Part shown: positions 38,720-58,799 of the stretch, one piece after another
Position numbering within the stretch: position 1 is the first letter of the stretch
Layout of the letters: every line of letters starts with the position of its first letter
DNA from: Octopus vulgaris
Taxonomy: Eukaryota
Length of the DNA: 64,000 nucleotides
Assembly: GCA_951406725.2 (NCBI GenBank)
Contig: OX597823.1
Span: 40,362,001-40,426,000 of the forward strand
Direction of reading: 5' to 3'
Made by a program: the position numbers and the translations under genes
The notes under the pieces: generated by a model
What the model was told of the DNA's origin: nothing
The model's database searches: none
The model's input: the letters and a program-made list of their open reading frames with translations, nothing else

Positions 38720-41346
38720 TAGTAACAATAATAATTAAAAGAATTAAAAAGGAAACTTGAAGAATAGTCGCAAATTTGAAAAATTGATAAATTGTGGTGA
38801 TGATACAAAAGGACTGAATGTTGCAATAAAAGAACAGAAGCAGCGCATGCTTACCAAAATATCAACGCTAACTAGGTCTGAACAAACCGGCATAGCCGAT
38901 TGTTTAGAATCGACCAAAACAGATTTTATCAAGAAATTAATGGTGATACAGAGTGCGAAAAATTAATCCTTGATACTGATGAATGTCGACAGTTTTGGGG
39001 TAAGATATAAATAAGCAAGAACAACACGATTCTGGAGCTGCATGACTCTGCAGTCTGACGAAAACAGCGCCTTATCCCTAGCAAAGAGCTATCCCCTTTA
39101 CCAAAGGCAGTATCAGAAATATGAGCAAAAAAGGAGCAATTGGAAAGTAGCTGAACCTGATGGTATACAGGCATTTTGGATGAAAAAGTTCAGTAGGTGC
39201 CATAAATTGATTGCAGAGAAATTTAATGCATTGATTGGAGGAGAAGAAATCTCGGGCTGGTTGACCAAAGGACAAAACCGTTTTGTGTTTGAAGGATGTA
39301 TCAAAACGAAATGCCGACAATTACAGACCAGTGTCTTGCCTCATATTAAAGTGGAACTTACTTTCAGGGGGGACTGTAGAAGAAATGTACAAATTTCTTG
39401 ATGATAACGACATCTCATCGATGGAGCAAAAGGGTTGTAGTAGGAGATGCAGAGGTACCAAAGATCAATTATTAATAGAAAAAATGGTAAAGCAAGATTG
39501 TAAGCGAAGGAAGACAAATTTGGGAATGGCCTGGATCGACTACCGCAAAGCTTACGATTTGATTCCATATTCGTAGATCATTGAGTGCTTAGAATTGTTT
39601 GGAAATGCTAGAAATGTGACATGTTTTCTGAAGAGAAGTATAGTGGGGTGGAAAACTAGATTGTCATTGTGCGGACAAAGTTTGAGTATCCTGGGCATCA
39701 GGAGAGGAATTTTCAAGGAGATAGCTTATCTCCATTGCTATTTTTCTCTGTATGATTCCTCTGCATTTGTTGTTGAGGAAATTGAACCTGGGTAATCAGT
39801 TAAAGGGAAAATCTCAAAGAACCAACCACCTCCACTTCATGGATGATTTGAAGCTGTATGGTAAAACTGAGGCACAAGTGAGTTCTTTGGTGAACACGGT
39901 CCACTGTTTTAGTGCTGATATTAAGATGTAATTCGGACTCAAGAAGTGTGATACAATGTACGTGAAAAGAGGTAAGGTACAGTTCCTGGTAGGGATAGAA
40001 TTACCTAAAGGAGAAGTAATTAAATAAATTGAAAAGGGAGGTTATAAAAAACTTGGCATACTAGAGTTCAACGAAATCATGGAGAAGGAAATGAAAGAAC
40101 AGCTGGCGATAGAATATTTCTAAAGACTAAGATTGGTGTTGTGCTCAAAATTGACTGGATGGAATAAAACCCAAGCAGATAATATTTGGGTGATAGCAAC
40201 ACTTCGATATGGACCTGAAATCATAAACTGCCAAAAGAAAGAACTGATGAGCATAGATATGATTCGAAGACAAGGAAAATATTGAAAGGGCACTTAGTAC
40301 TCCAAGAGTGACACTGATAGGTTGTACTTGTCCAGAAGAAAGGCTGGGAGACTTTTGATCAGTTGCCAGGATTGTGTCGAAGCTGAGGAAAACAGCTTAG
40401 AGTGGTATCTAAAAAATGCCGTGAAGCCATTAATGAACCATGTGCAGAAGACCGACCAATAATTATGTAAAGAAAGTAAATCTATAAGAGAAGAATACAA
40501 ACAAAGAAACAGCATGGATGGGAAAGAAATGTATTGGTCAGTTTGTAAGATATACGAATCCCAAGACAGATACCAAGAACCGGTGGTTATGGATGCGGAG
40601 GAGTGATCTAAAGATTGAGACAAAAGAACTTATATGCACGGCACAAGAACAAGCGTTAAGGACGAACTATGTGAAGTGCAGAATTGACAACACAACTGAG
40701 AGCGACAAATGCAGAATGTATGGTGAGAGAGGTGAAACGATATGATCATAGTGTTAGCGTATGCCCGTAACTGGCATAGCGCTATTACAAAAGACAACAT
40801 GATAATGTAGCAAGAATGATCCATTCGGAGTTGTGTTGGAATCACCGCTTAAAAAGAGCAAAGACGTGGTATGACCAAATCTCAGAAAGAGTTACCAAGA
40901 ATGGAGAATATAAAATCTTGCGAGATGCAATGATTTAGTGTGACCATCAGGTCAGATATCACGAACCTGACATTGTTGTGGCGAAAAAAAAAAGAAAACA
41001 CTTGCATAATAGCATATCCCGGTGACAACAGGATCAAAGGGAAAGAAGAAAAACTGAATATCCATGACAATTCGAAGTGGGAAATACTCAGGTTGTGGGC
41101 AATGAAGAAGGTGGACGTGATACCAGTAGCAATTGGCGCGCTTGGGAGTATCAGTACTCAACAACCAAGATGGCTCAAAAGATGGGTACAAATGTAAAGA
41201 TAGAACACGTACAAAAATCATCATTGCTTGGAACTGCAAGAGTTCTCCGCAGGTTTGTTGAAGCATGACCAGTAAACGTGTGTTACCTTAGTCTACGGGA
41301 TGTGGACAGCTGACACTTTCCCTCATTCCCAGCAAAATAATCTGTG
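38720..41346 (+). mobile_element. Degraded R4/Dong LINE (RT plus RLE)
   Basis: [71 protein letters not shown]; followed by (TAA)n. Confidence 0.92.
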
Positions 41347-41362
41347 AATAATAATAATAATG

Positions 41363-41449
<87 letters not shown>

Positions 41450-41459
41450 TTAATAATAA

Positions 41460-42597
41460 TGGATGTTAAAACTTGTCTCAAAACATGAAAACAAGAAAGC
41501 ATCATACTCAGTAACAAAACAGGCAAAGGAATATCTAAGTAAATTCCGAATACAACAAATTTCGGAATTAGAGATAGACATACAAGAAACAGGTACAGAA
41601 AAAGCTAAGCGCATGAAAACCCGTGCTAAATCTGCGGCCTTAGATATTCTGAATGATAAATGGCAAGAAAAACCTCTCTATGGCAAATACCCAAAGAGAG
41701 CAAATAATGCAGATGTTGACAAGGCCCTGACTCATCAATGGCTAATGGCCTCTGGCTTAAAATCTGAAACAGAGGGGTTTATCATAGCAGCTCAAGATCA
41801 ATGCCTACCAACAAGAAACTACCAGGCCAACATATTAAAGATCAGAAGCAGTCCAACGTGTCGTGTATGCAAGCAACAAAATGAAACCATTGACCATGTG
41901 GTCTCCAAGTGCAGTCTTCTAGCGCCTACAGAGTATCTCAACAGGCACGATAGAGCTGCCCAATATATTCACTGGGTAATCTGTAAAAACCTGGATTTGC
42001 CCCATGAAAAAAACTGGTGGGAACACAAACCACCCCCAGTGCTTGAAAATGACCACATCTCACTCCTCTGGAACTTCACCATTCAAACTGACAGAAAGAT
42101 AGATGCAAATAGGCCAGACATTATATTGAAAGAAACTTCAAACAAAGAACATGCCTCCTCATTGATATGACTGTCCCAATCGATATAAACGTATCTGTCA
42201 AGACCTACCAAAAACTGAGCAAATATAAAGATCTTGAAATAGAAATCAGCAAAATGTGGAAGCTGAAGACTAAAACAATACCTGTTGTCATAGGTGCCCT
42301 GGGAATGATAGCAAAAGGGGCTGATAGCTACTTAACTCAGATACCAGGAAACCCAAAAATAGCAGAAATTCAAAAGATAGTGCTCATGGGAACTGCTCAT
42401 ATCCTACGCAAAATACTTTCTATGTAATCTCAAGGTTTAAAACAAACATAATTTTCAGTAGTACAACACCCCCACCCACCAAATATATGGCACACTAGGC
42501 ATAACAACAACATGAACTTCCAACCCTGTTGTCTCCTGAGGTCTCTGGGTGAGACTAGGAGCCAACTTGTACAAATATAAAGCAAAAGTCAAACATA

Positions 42598-42598
<1 letters not shown>
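41460..42598 (+). mobile_element. 5'-truncated copy of the young Dong family
   Basis: Nearly identical by eye to 47991-49157; (TAA)n on both sides; ORFs 41463-42170 and 42167-42427. Confidence 0.95.
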
Positions 42599-42640
<42 letters not shown>

Positions 42641-42641
<1 letters not shown>

Positions 42642-43006
42642 TGTGACAAAGAACTAGAAAAGATTGAAAAGTACAGACTACTAAAAGACAAAATTGAAAG
42701 AAAGTGGACTATAAGGAGAGTGTCTGTCATCCCAATAGTTGTAGTGGCACTCAAAGCACTGACGACCAAATTCGAGAAATATATCAGAGAAATTGGAACT
42801 GACATGAGAGCATAACAATCCTCAAAAACTGCTCCGCTGGGGACAGCTACGATTTTGAGATTGGTACTTGGATACTGGATGTCTTCCACGATAATTAATA
42901 ACCAATTATCGCGGAAAGAGGCCCTGTGAGACCTTTGACAACAGGCTGCTGTCCACACCCCCAGAATCAATCAGAGCAAACAAGACCGAGCGTTCTGAGA
43001 AGTATG
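42641..43006 (+). mobile_element. Short R4/Dong 3' end from another family
   Basis: KELEKIEKYRLLK..VIPIVVVAL..LGTATILRLVL; (TAA)n on both sides. Confidence 0.8.
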
Positions 43007-43045
<39 letters not shown>

Positions 43046-43081
43046 GCAACAACAACAACAACAACAACAATAATAATAATA

Positions 43082-45079
<1,998 letters not shown>

Positions 45080-45140
45080 AATAATAATAATAATAATAAT
45101 AATAGTAGTAGTAGTAGTAGTGGTGGTAGTAGTAGTAGTA

Positions 45141-45171
<31 letters not shown>

Positions 45172-45194
45172 TAGTAGTAGTAGTAGTAGTAGTA

Positions 45195-45225
<31 letters not shown>

Positions 45226-45254
45226 TAGTAGTAGTAGTAGTAGTAGTAGTAGTA

Positions 45255-49190
<3,936 letters not shown>

Positions 49191-49191
49191 G

Positions 49192-49224
<33 letters not shown>

Positions 49225-50464
49225 AATAACAACAAGAACAACAACAACAACAACAACAATATTAATAATAATAATAATAATAATATTAATAATAATAATA
49301 ATAATGATGATTTCTTTTATTGGTCACAAGAGTCCGAGAGACTGAGGAAACAGAAAAAAGATGGAATAAAATACGCAAAAGAATGAAATTTTCCTCGATG
49401 TAAACATATAACAAGACATAAAACATATAATGATAATGATAATATTGATAGTTTGAAAGTCTTTTTCAAAAGTCTAGCAATTTCGGGGTCGGGGATAAGT
49501 CGATTACATGCATCCCACTGCTCAACTATTACTTATTTTATCGACCCCGAAAGGATAAGAGGCAATGTCAACTTCGACGGAATTTGAATTCAGAACGAAA
49601 GCAAGGACGAAATGCCGGTAAGAATTTAAGAATTTTGGACGGTACCTTAACAATTTTGCCAACTTGCCGGAAACCCAAGCCGGCATCTGTTCAGTTATCG
49701 GGCCACCGAAAAAAATGCCCGGAGTTTTATCATGGCTACCGGATAATTGTCACAAATTATATTTACAGATAAATTCCTCTATTTTCATAATATCGAGGTC
49801 TCTTTCATTTTTTTGTTGTCTTACCATTTCTATCAATGTATATATATATATATATATACATAATAGGCGCAGGTGTGTCTGTGTGGTAAGAAGCTATAGG
49901 CGCAGGCGTGGCTGTGTGGTAAGAAGATTAGGTTATTATTTAAATATTCAACCGGTTTGACAGATTTTTTTGATTTTCAAAAGTTGAGATAGAAAGATAT
50001 GGAGCTATGCTGCATAAAATGCAGAATAGATAACACAGCAGGGCTCACATTGTTTACACTTTCGAAATTGTTCTATTTATTTCGAAACATGTCAAAAATG
50101 GAGCCTTTGCTTTACTGTTGTTTTTTCCAGCCACAAGTCGCATTGTGCGCACGCACTCTCTCTCATTGACGTTTCGTGACGCTCCTCACTCTCTCTCTCT
50201 CTCTCTCACATATGAGTTTCGCCGTGTTTTATTGTGTTTTCTCCATGTTGGTGGGGAAAATGCAAACAACCATGCTTAAAAAACGAAATCAATTGACATG
50301 TCCCCCCAAACTGGGGAACGAAACAGGAAAATAAACTCACCACTCGACAGCAAATAACTTTTCTACGATAGTATAGATGTGAAAGGTGAAAATATACTAT
50401 TGAGTGCTTTTTCTTTATAAAATTTACGGTGTAAGGTCAAGCGCGGCTTACCAGGCTGACGGCC

Positions 50465-50531
<67 letters not shown>

Positions 50532-50928
50532 TAATAATAATAATAATAATAATAATGATGATGATGATGAAGATAATAGTAATGCTGATGCTGATGTTGA
50601 TGATGATGGGAATGAGGATGAAGATGAGGAAGAGAAGAAGAAGAGGAGCAGTTTCTAGATAGTTTAACGAAATCCACGTGCTGATCAGATATATTTTGCT
50701 ATCAATACAAAGATGAGCGGTAGAGATGGTCGTCCTAGAGTCGGTGTGAACTCATAAAAAAAAGGTGTTCTAACTAAAAGCAAGGCATTATATTCAGTAT
50801 TCTAGGAACACTTCCATTCACAGCTTTCACAGAGAGTTAATAATGGCGTGCAGAAGCATGCTGGAATGGAAAAATTGCTTTAGCTGGTGAATGGAAATCA
50901 CTGTCATGTGAAAAATGTGTTCATCATA

Positions 50929-50964
<36 letters not shown>

Positions 50965-50991
50965 TAAGAACGTAATAATGCTACTGCTGCT

Positions 50992-51022
<31 letters not shown>

Positions 51023-51030
51023 ATGATGGT

Positions 51031-51064
<34 letters not shown>

Positions 51065-51073
51065 GTAATAATT

Positions 51074-51104
<31 letters not shown>

Positions 51105-51106
<2 letters not shown>

Positions 51107-51830
51107 GAAATACTTTTATTTTGTTTGCGACATGAACATCGGAGGAAGGAATACATAACAAGGACAGTTTACAATTTGTTGAGAGGTTTACATGAAAAAA
51201 CAACAAGTGTCAGAGAGGGAGAAAAAAGGGAGTAATATAAAAAGTATACTTAGTATACAAAATATGTTCGCACATGAATCCTGCAGCGCTCCTGATACAG
51301 GAGCAGCTCCAGCTATGATCGATCAAAGAATCCCAAAGATCCAGGATTTTCCAGACCTCCCCACCAAAGCACAAGCCCTCAGTCGTCTGTCGTTCTCCAG
51401 TCTACAGGTGCATATTTAGATTAGGGCCATTCACCCTAACCATTTCTGCTACAGCATCTTTTCACAACTTCACGAAGTAACATTTCCTGTCTACTTTCAT
51501 TTTCCTTTCCTTTAAAAGTTCGATGAAGGCCTGACCGAAGAGGAAGGTGTCTTTCCTCGATCATTTCAATCTCGTACACCACAAAACCTCCTTCGACATA
51601 GCCGCTTGACAGGGGAACACCACCTGTCTTGTCTTTTTAATAGTGGGTGGTCAGTGGATCGTAATGGTAGACTTGGCTGATAATCAGATTCGTCCTATAT
51701 ATGTGACGAGAGCTGTTCGACATAACCCCACAAGTCAGCAATACTCGGACACTGCAAATTTGCTTGCAATACGATTTCGTCGCTGTACAGTATATCTCGA
51801 ACGGCATTCGTCCTACTCGCAATAAAAGCT
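51105..51830 (-). mobile_element. Tx1/L1-clade LINE 3' fragment
   Basis: Nucleotide homology to 60010-60480 (AGCGACGAAATC..CAGTGTC..CTGACTTGT..GTTATGT.GAACAGCT). Confidence 0.75.
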
Positions 51831-52670
51831 TTTTATGATTAATAACTGTTATCAGCTCTGTTAAGATTTTAGCTTCTCGAATAAGTATATACGTAAGCAA
51901 GTTCCAAGATACAGACCCCGCCACCAATAATCGTTCTCTCTGGGTATTTCTTCACCTTGAATATTTGTGCATGTGTTGTACAAATTATATTTAATTTGGG
52001 CAACATATTTTCTTATTGTAATCTGAAATTAATCATAAATAATAAAACAGTTTAGTAAATTTATAGATTGAGAACCGAAAGAAAAACTGCTGTAGATAAA
52101 AGAATACACATTACAGCATTAGACGTTCAATAATAAAGACTCTACATAACAATATAAATACACATATCGGAACTTCGTTACAATATCCGCCTAAAATGCA
52201 ACGTTCCTTTGTCAGAGCTTGTATGTATCTGTGAGCGTGCGGAGGGAATTTAGTCTACACTGAAGTATTAAAAACGAGCGAGTTCAAGAGTGAATTTGAA
52301 TTTATAGACGGAATCACACACACAAACTCACTGCTCGTAACTCCTATACATACTTAGACACAGACATGTACGCAAATGCATGTGCGTGCGCACACACACC
52401 ATCACTCTTTTTCTCTCTCTTTCGCTCAATCTCTCTTTCTCTCTGTCACACACACACACACACTTATACAAACGTCCTCTCTCTCTCTCTCTCTGTATAT
52501 TTATATTTATGCTTCAGTTATTTTCTGCGGCCATGCTGGAGCACCGCCTTTTTAGTCGAACAAATCGACACCAGGAAATTTTTCTTTGTAAGCCTAGTAC
52601 TTATTCCATCGGTATCTTTTGCCTAAGTTACACACCAACAGCGGTTGTCAAACGATGGTGTGGGGACAAA

Positions 52671-52720
<50 letters not shown>

Positions 52721-52898
52721 TATATACGACGGGCTCTTTTCAGTTTCTGTCTTCCAAATCCACTCACAAGGATTTGGTCGGCCCAAGGCAATAGCAGAAG
52801 ACATATGCCCAAGGTGCTACGCAGTGGTACTGAACCCGGAATCATGTGGTTAGGAAGCAAGCTTCTTATCACACGCCTGCCCCTATATACATACATAT

Positions 52899-53202
52899 AT
52901 CACGTGATCACGTGACTGACCAGACCATCAGATGTTACTACACATCGCTGGTCACAATGCGCTTCGCATTGTTTTAGCCTTCGAATGATGCCACCCCGCT
53001 GGCTAAGCGAGCAGGCCAACAGAGGAAAGAGTGAGAGAAAGAGTGATGAAAGAGTACAGCAGGGATCACCACCCCCTGCCAGAGCCTCGTGGAGCTTTTA
53101 GGTGTTTTCGCTCAATAAACACACACAACGCCCGGTCTAGGAATCGAAACCGCGATCCTACGACCACGAGTCCGCTGCCCTAACCACTGGGCTATTGCGC
53201 CT

Positions 53203-53204
<2 letters not shown>
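52899..53204 (-). mobile_element. tRNA-derived SINE (family C head, different body)
   Basis: GGAGGCGCAATAGCCCAGTGGTTAGGGCAGCGGACTC...GGTTTCGATTCCT; ends with repeated CACGTGAT. Confidence 0.8.
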
Positions 53205-53274
<70 letters not shown>

Positions 53275-54066
53275 GTATATATATATATATATATACACAT
53301 ACACACACATATATAACACACACGCATAATACAAATATATGCAGGTGTGTGCTTTGTGTGTGGGCGTGTGTTTATGTATTTATATCTGCAAGTAGATATT
53401 CCATCGCGATAACGTTTTAATCCCAGCAGACTTGAATGCCTCTCTTAATGATAGGGTACAGTGAATAAGAAACTTGACTGGAGTCCGTCCCGCCTGTTAT
53501 GTCTTACTACATCTATTCTGTAGGCTTTATTATCGTTTCCATACCCATGGGACCAGCTTCTAATTGAAAATAACCGATTGTATAAGGTAGATCAAACAGC
53601 TATTTCTTCGACTGGCAACTTCCATTGAAAGAAAAGGAAAAGGAAAGAATCGTCAGATCCTAATACCTGTTCGCACTTGCGTTATTTATGTCAGATAACA
53701 TGAGGTGTCATTGCTTACGAGACAAAGTCTGTCGGGGGAGGGGAGATATCTTCTTTCCAAAAAGTAACCTACTAAACACTGCTGTTACTATTGGAGATTA
53801 TATTATCGTAAAATGTCTTCAGTAACGAGGAATAACTGGCCTTAGACAAGTGTATAGATCCTCCTCCTACTACTACTCGCCCTACCACACCTCCTCCTCC
53901 ACTTCCTCACCTCCTCCTCTTCCTCACCTCCTCCTCTTCCTCACCTCCTCCTCTTCCTCGCCTCCTCCTCTTCCTCACCTCCTCCTCTTCCTCACCTTCT
54001 CCTTCTTTTCTTCTTCCCTCCTGTTCATCATCACTATTATATTTATTATCAATATTACTATTATAA

Positions 54067-54640
54067 GGCGGCGAGCTGGCAGAAACGTTAGCACGCCGGG
54101 CGTATTTCGTCTGCCGTTACGTTCTGAGTTCAAATTCCGCCGAGGTCGACTTTGCCTTTCATCCTTTCGGAATCGATAAATTAAGTACCAGTTACGCACT
54201 GGGGTCGATATAATCGACTTAATCTGTTTGTCTGTCCTTGTTTGTCCTGTCTGTGTTTAGACCTCTTGTGGGTAGTAAAGAAATAGGTATTTCGTCTAAG
54301 TCCAAATTTCCCGGTGTCGAGTTTGCCTTTCACCCTTTCGTGGTGGATAAATCAAATACCAGTGAAACACTGGGGTCGATGTAATCAACTTATCTCCTCC
54401 CCTAAAATTTCAAGCTTTTTACCCGTAGAAGAAAGGATTAATGTTATTAAGAAGGCGGTGAGCTGGCAGAATCGTTAGCACGCCGGGCGATATTCTCAGC
54501 GGAAATTCGCCCGCCGCTCTGTTCTAAATTCAAATTCGCCGAGGTCGACTTGCCTTTCATCCTTTCGGAGTCGATAAAATAAGTACTAGTTGAGCATTGG
54601 GGTCGAAATAATCGTTGGCCTTGCGCCAGAATTTGAAAGC
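54067..54640 (+). mobile_element. SINE family B dimer plus a further copy
   Basis: Head at 54067, headless second unit after AAAGAAATA|GGTATTTCGTCT, new head at ~54454. Confidence 0.85.
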
Positions 54641-54669
54641 ATTATTATTGTTGTTGTTATTTTCCTTTT

Positions 54670-55010
54670 TAACTCAGGTTGTGTTGAAACTCTTGGAGCC
54701 CTGCATGCGTAGCGGGCTTTCTAACTGCAGCTTACAGTGCTTTTCTCTCTGTTCTTTTTAGCAATGTAATACTTTTCTGCTTGATTCTGGCCATGTAAAG
54801 GAGGTAAATGTTTTGTAACAGCTCTACTAGACACTCTATTCTGATGTTCTTTATATTCATTTTGATGCCCTCGAACACTATCCCTAAGGACTGCACAATA
54901 ATTAGCACTATCTTCACCTTCTTCATTTTCTATAGTTGGGCTATTTCGTATTTAACAGGATTGTATATGTCTATTTTTCCCTTCCTTCTTGACTATTCAT
55001 GAATGAAAAG
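54670..55010 (-). pseudogene. R4/Dong 3' fragment, same family as 23555-24111
   Basis: MKKVKIVLIIVQSLGIVFEGIKMNIKNIRIECLVELLQ. Confidence 0.8.
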
Positions 55011-55034
55011 GGTACGCACAATTAATTATACAGC

Positions 55035-55465
55035 ACGTTTGGTTCAACTTGTTCACCATCAATAGCATGCTGATGAGAATTCAGCGCAGATGGGTAGGAC
55101 TTTTTGTTCGAATGAAAAATGACCACATTCCGAAAATTCTTCGGTATAGCCAACAAGTGGAGGGATATCATGGCAAAGGAAGAGCTGTCCCTACGTATAA
55201 GGATAAGTTGAAGCAATCACAAAAATCTCTACAGCTTAACGTGACATATTGGCAAAGTCGTTGCCTCAATCAATCTGTATTGCGTAAAAAGATCACGATG
55301 CATCCAAACAATTTGTGTTAAATAGAACTACAGCATGCAACAGACACACTTGCCCCTATCCCCACTCCAAGCAACATCAAAATCGTCAGTGTTCCCATTG
55401 TGACGTCATATCAAAATCCATGCCTGGACTCAAATTAGATTCACGGATCCATCGCAAATAGATGC
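55035..55465 (+). pseudogene. RTE-clade LINE C-terminal remnant
   Basis: TINSMLMRIQRRWVGLFVRMKNDHIPKILRYSQ..GKGR..YKDKLKQS. Confidence 0.75.
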
Positions 55466-55867
55466 AGCTTCGTAGTGCTTTGTCTCTTTCTATTACTCTC
55501 TTTAACTTTAAGTAAGTCCTCTCCAAACACTCATACGTTGAAACCAACGGGAGGGACAATTATTAGTATAATTATTATGTACTTTTAATCTGCGTGTTTG
55601 TCACAATCACTTGCCAAGACACATCCAGCATCCTAGGGCGAGTGAAGGAAAAGAGATGTTATAGTATGGCAGAAAGCTTGGGGAGGGGAAGTGGCAGGGG
55701 AAGTAGGGAAATATCTTCATGTAATACAACACAGACATTTAAATTGATAGGGTTTTTCTAAGGATGTAGGCAGTACTTGTCAGCACAATCTTTTGGATTT
55801 CTCTGAGACATGGTTCTCCTGGGATGCTACCTAGATGTTTCTGACATCGTTTTTATCATACCTATAA

Positions 55868-56590
55868 GGCGGCGAGCTGGCAGAAACGTTAGCACGCCGG
55901 GCAAAATGCTTAGAGGTATTTCGTCTGCCGTTACGTTGTGAGTTCAAATTCCGCCGAGTTCGACTTTGCCTTTCGTGCTTTCGGGGTCGATAAATTAAGT
56001 ACCAGTTGCGCACTGGGATCGATCTAATCGACTTAATACCTATGTTTGTCCTTGTTTGTCCCTCTACGTTTAGCCCCCTGTGGGTAATAAAGAAATAGGT
56101 ATTTCGTCTGCTGCTATGTTCTGCGTTCAAATTCCGGCAAGGTCGACTTTGCCTTTCACCCTTTCGGGCTCAATACAATTAAAATTAACTATGCGCGTAA
56201 AACTTTTAGCCTAATTATAGCAGTCAAAGTAACACTTCTGGTCGAATTTATTTAGAAATTAACTGGCACTGAAATTTCGCAGGCAGTGTTGCACAGCAGT
56301 TATCAAAATCTTTCACAAAAATATCTTCGTTTCAAAGAAGAATTTCCTCATCCGCCTATTTTTGCCTTAAGAAGCAACACGAATATAAAAAAAAATATCA
56401 ATTGGTGCCTCTGATTGTAATCAAAACCCCGATGGATTTTCTGAATCTTGTAGCCCTAAAAACAGTCGCAAGAGAAGTATGTCCTATGTAACAGCTTGAG
56501 CTAGGTTAACCAGTTGAGTACTGGGGTTAATGTAATCGATTCATCCACTGCGCCCAAATTGCTGCTCTTGTTTCTAAATTTGAAATCATT
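55868..56590 (+). mobile_element. SINE family B dimer; second unit interrupted by 56172-56510
   Basis: SINE breaks after CCCTTTCGGGCTC and resumes CAGTTGAGTACTGGGG. Confidence 0.85.
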
Positions 56591-56602
56591 ACCACCACCA
56601 CC

Positions 56603-56636
<34 letters not shown>

Positions 56637-56966
56637 TCAAAAGAACGCAATTTGTTACAGAACACTCACTGAGCTTGTTTATTGAACTGAACAATATTTC
56701 TACAGTGTTTCTGTTTTCTTCGGGTTCGTAATACGAAAAAAATAGGGAAAAAGGTAAAAATTCAAATATTCAACTGAACTATCATGCAGTCCTTTAAAGA
56801 CAAAAAGATGTCATCAAGTTTTACATCTGGTTAAAACGAAAAAAGTAATGAAAAAGAAATAAGGAGAAAAGAATGTACTTAGTCAAATATTTATTTTGTT
56901 CACCCCTTTGGAGTGTCATGCTTGTAACTCGCAGTTATATTTTTCAACATAAAATTTCAGATAATA

Positions 56967-57440
<474 letters not shown>

Positions 57441-58554
57441 GAAATTTCAGTGGAGTCAGAATATTTTCTGTCGAAGCAGCGTTAATGTACCTAACATCAT
57501 ACCAATATCCATTAAATCTTTTGTTTAAACTTTCTGTGACGCAACTTGCATAAAGCGAGTGGTACTTATTGCATTCAGCTGCGTACACCAAATGTTAATG
57601 GTTAAAAGGCTATGATTTCAACATAAATCATAAGATGTCTGTTAGAATTCGTGATGGAGTTAGCCTAGCTCAAGCTGTTACATAGGGCATACTTCTCTTG
57701 CGACTGTTTTTAGGGCTACAAGATTCAGAAAATCCATCGGGGTTTTGATTACAATCAGAGGCACCAATTGATATTTTTTTTTATATTCGTGTTGCTTCTT
57801 AAGGCAAAAATAGGCGGATGAGGAAATTCTTTGAAACGAAGATATTTTTGTGAAAGATGTTGATAACTGCTGTGCAACACTGCCTGCGAAAGTTCAGTGC
57901 TAGTAAATTTCTAAATAAATTCGACCAGAAGTGTTACTTTGACTGCTATAATTATGCTAAAAGTTTTACACGCATAGTTAATTTTAATTGTATTATTTGG
58001 GATTTACTTCAATCATGATTCACTATAACCACGTTCAGTATCCTTTGCATGTTTCCAGTAATCCTCTTTATTGGCACAAATCTGTTTTATTCTCAAAAAT
58101 TGTGACTTTTGATTTGACTTAATTGTATGGTGTGAATGATCGGAGTGGTGGTGAAAATAAATGTGGGATGACGTGGGTTTGCAAAATATCTGACACTATG
58201 CGATCCTCTAAAAATTTAACTTTTGCGTCCAAAATGTTGACACTAGATTTTAGTAATCTGTACGAGATGTTTATGAAGGATTAAAAGCATAATTTTGTAC
58301 CAAGCTGCAACAGAAATTGATAAATTCAGTTTCACTGCCCTATCATCCTTCCCAGATAAAAAAAGACGTCATCAATAAACCGTAACCAGAATATCGGTTC
58401 ATGACCGTGCAGTAATTTGAATGCCTCCATTAAATGTAGCTCAAAATTCGTCATACAGACGTTAGCAAAATAAACTGTCGTGAGGGAATCCATCCGTTAA
58501 TTTATCCATTGATCCATCCATCCATACATGTTGTTGTTGTTGTTATTATTATTA

Positions 58555-58624
<70 letters not shown>

Positions 58625-58799
58625 AGCATTGAACTGGCAGGATCTTTAGCATGTCGGGCAAGATGCTTAGCGGTAATTCGTGCGTCCTCATGTTCAGAGT
58701 TCAAATTTTGCTGAGGTCGACTTTACCTTTCATCCTTCCTTGGTCGATATAATAGGTACCAGTTGAAAACTGGGGTCAAAGTAATTGACTCACCTCCTC

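Noticed and set aside
50660-50910. Faint mariner-like peptide traces
   Set aside because: Too degraded, and no TIR found.
53130-53204. tRNA-like sequence with A and B boxes (also 30850-30922 and 9590-9660)
   Set aside because: These are SINE heads continuing into SINE bodies, with no complete acceptor stem.
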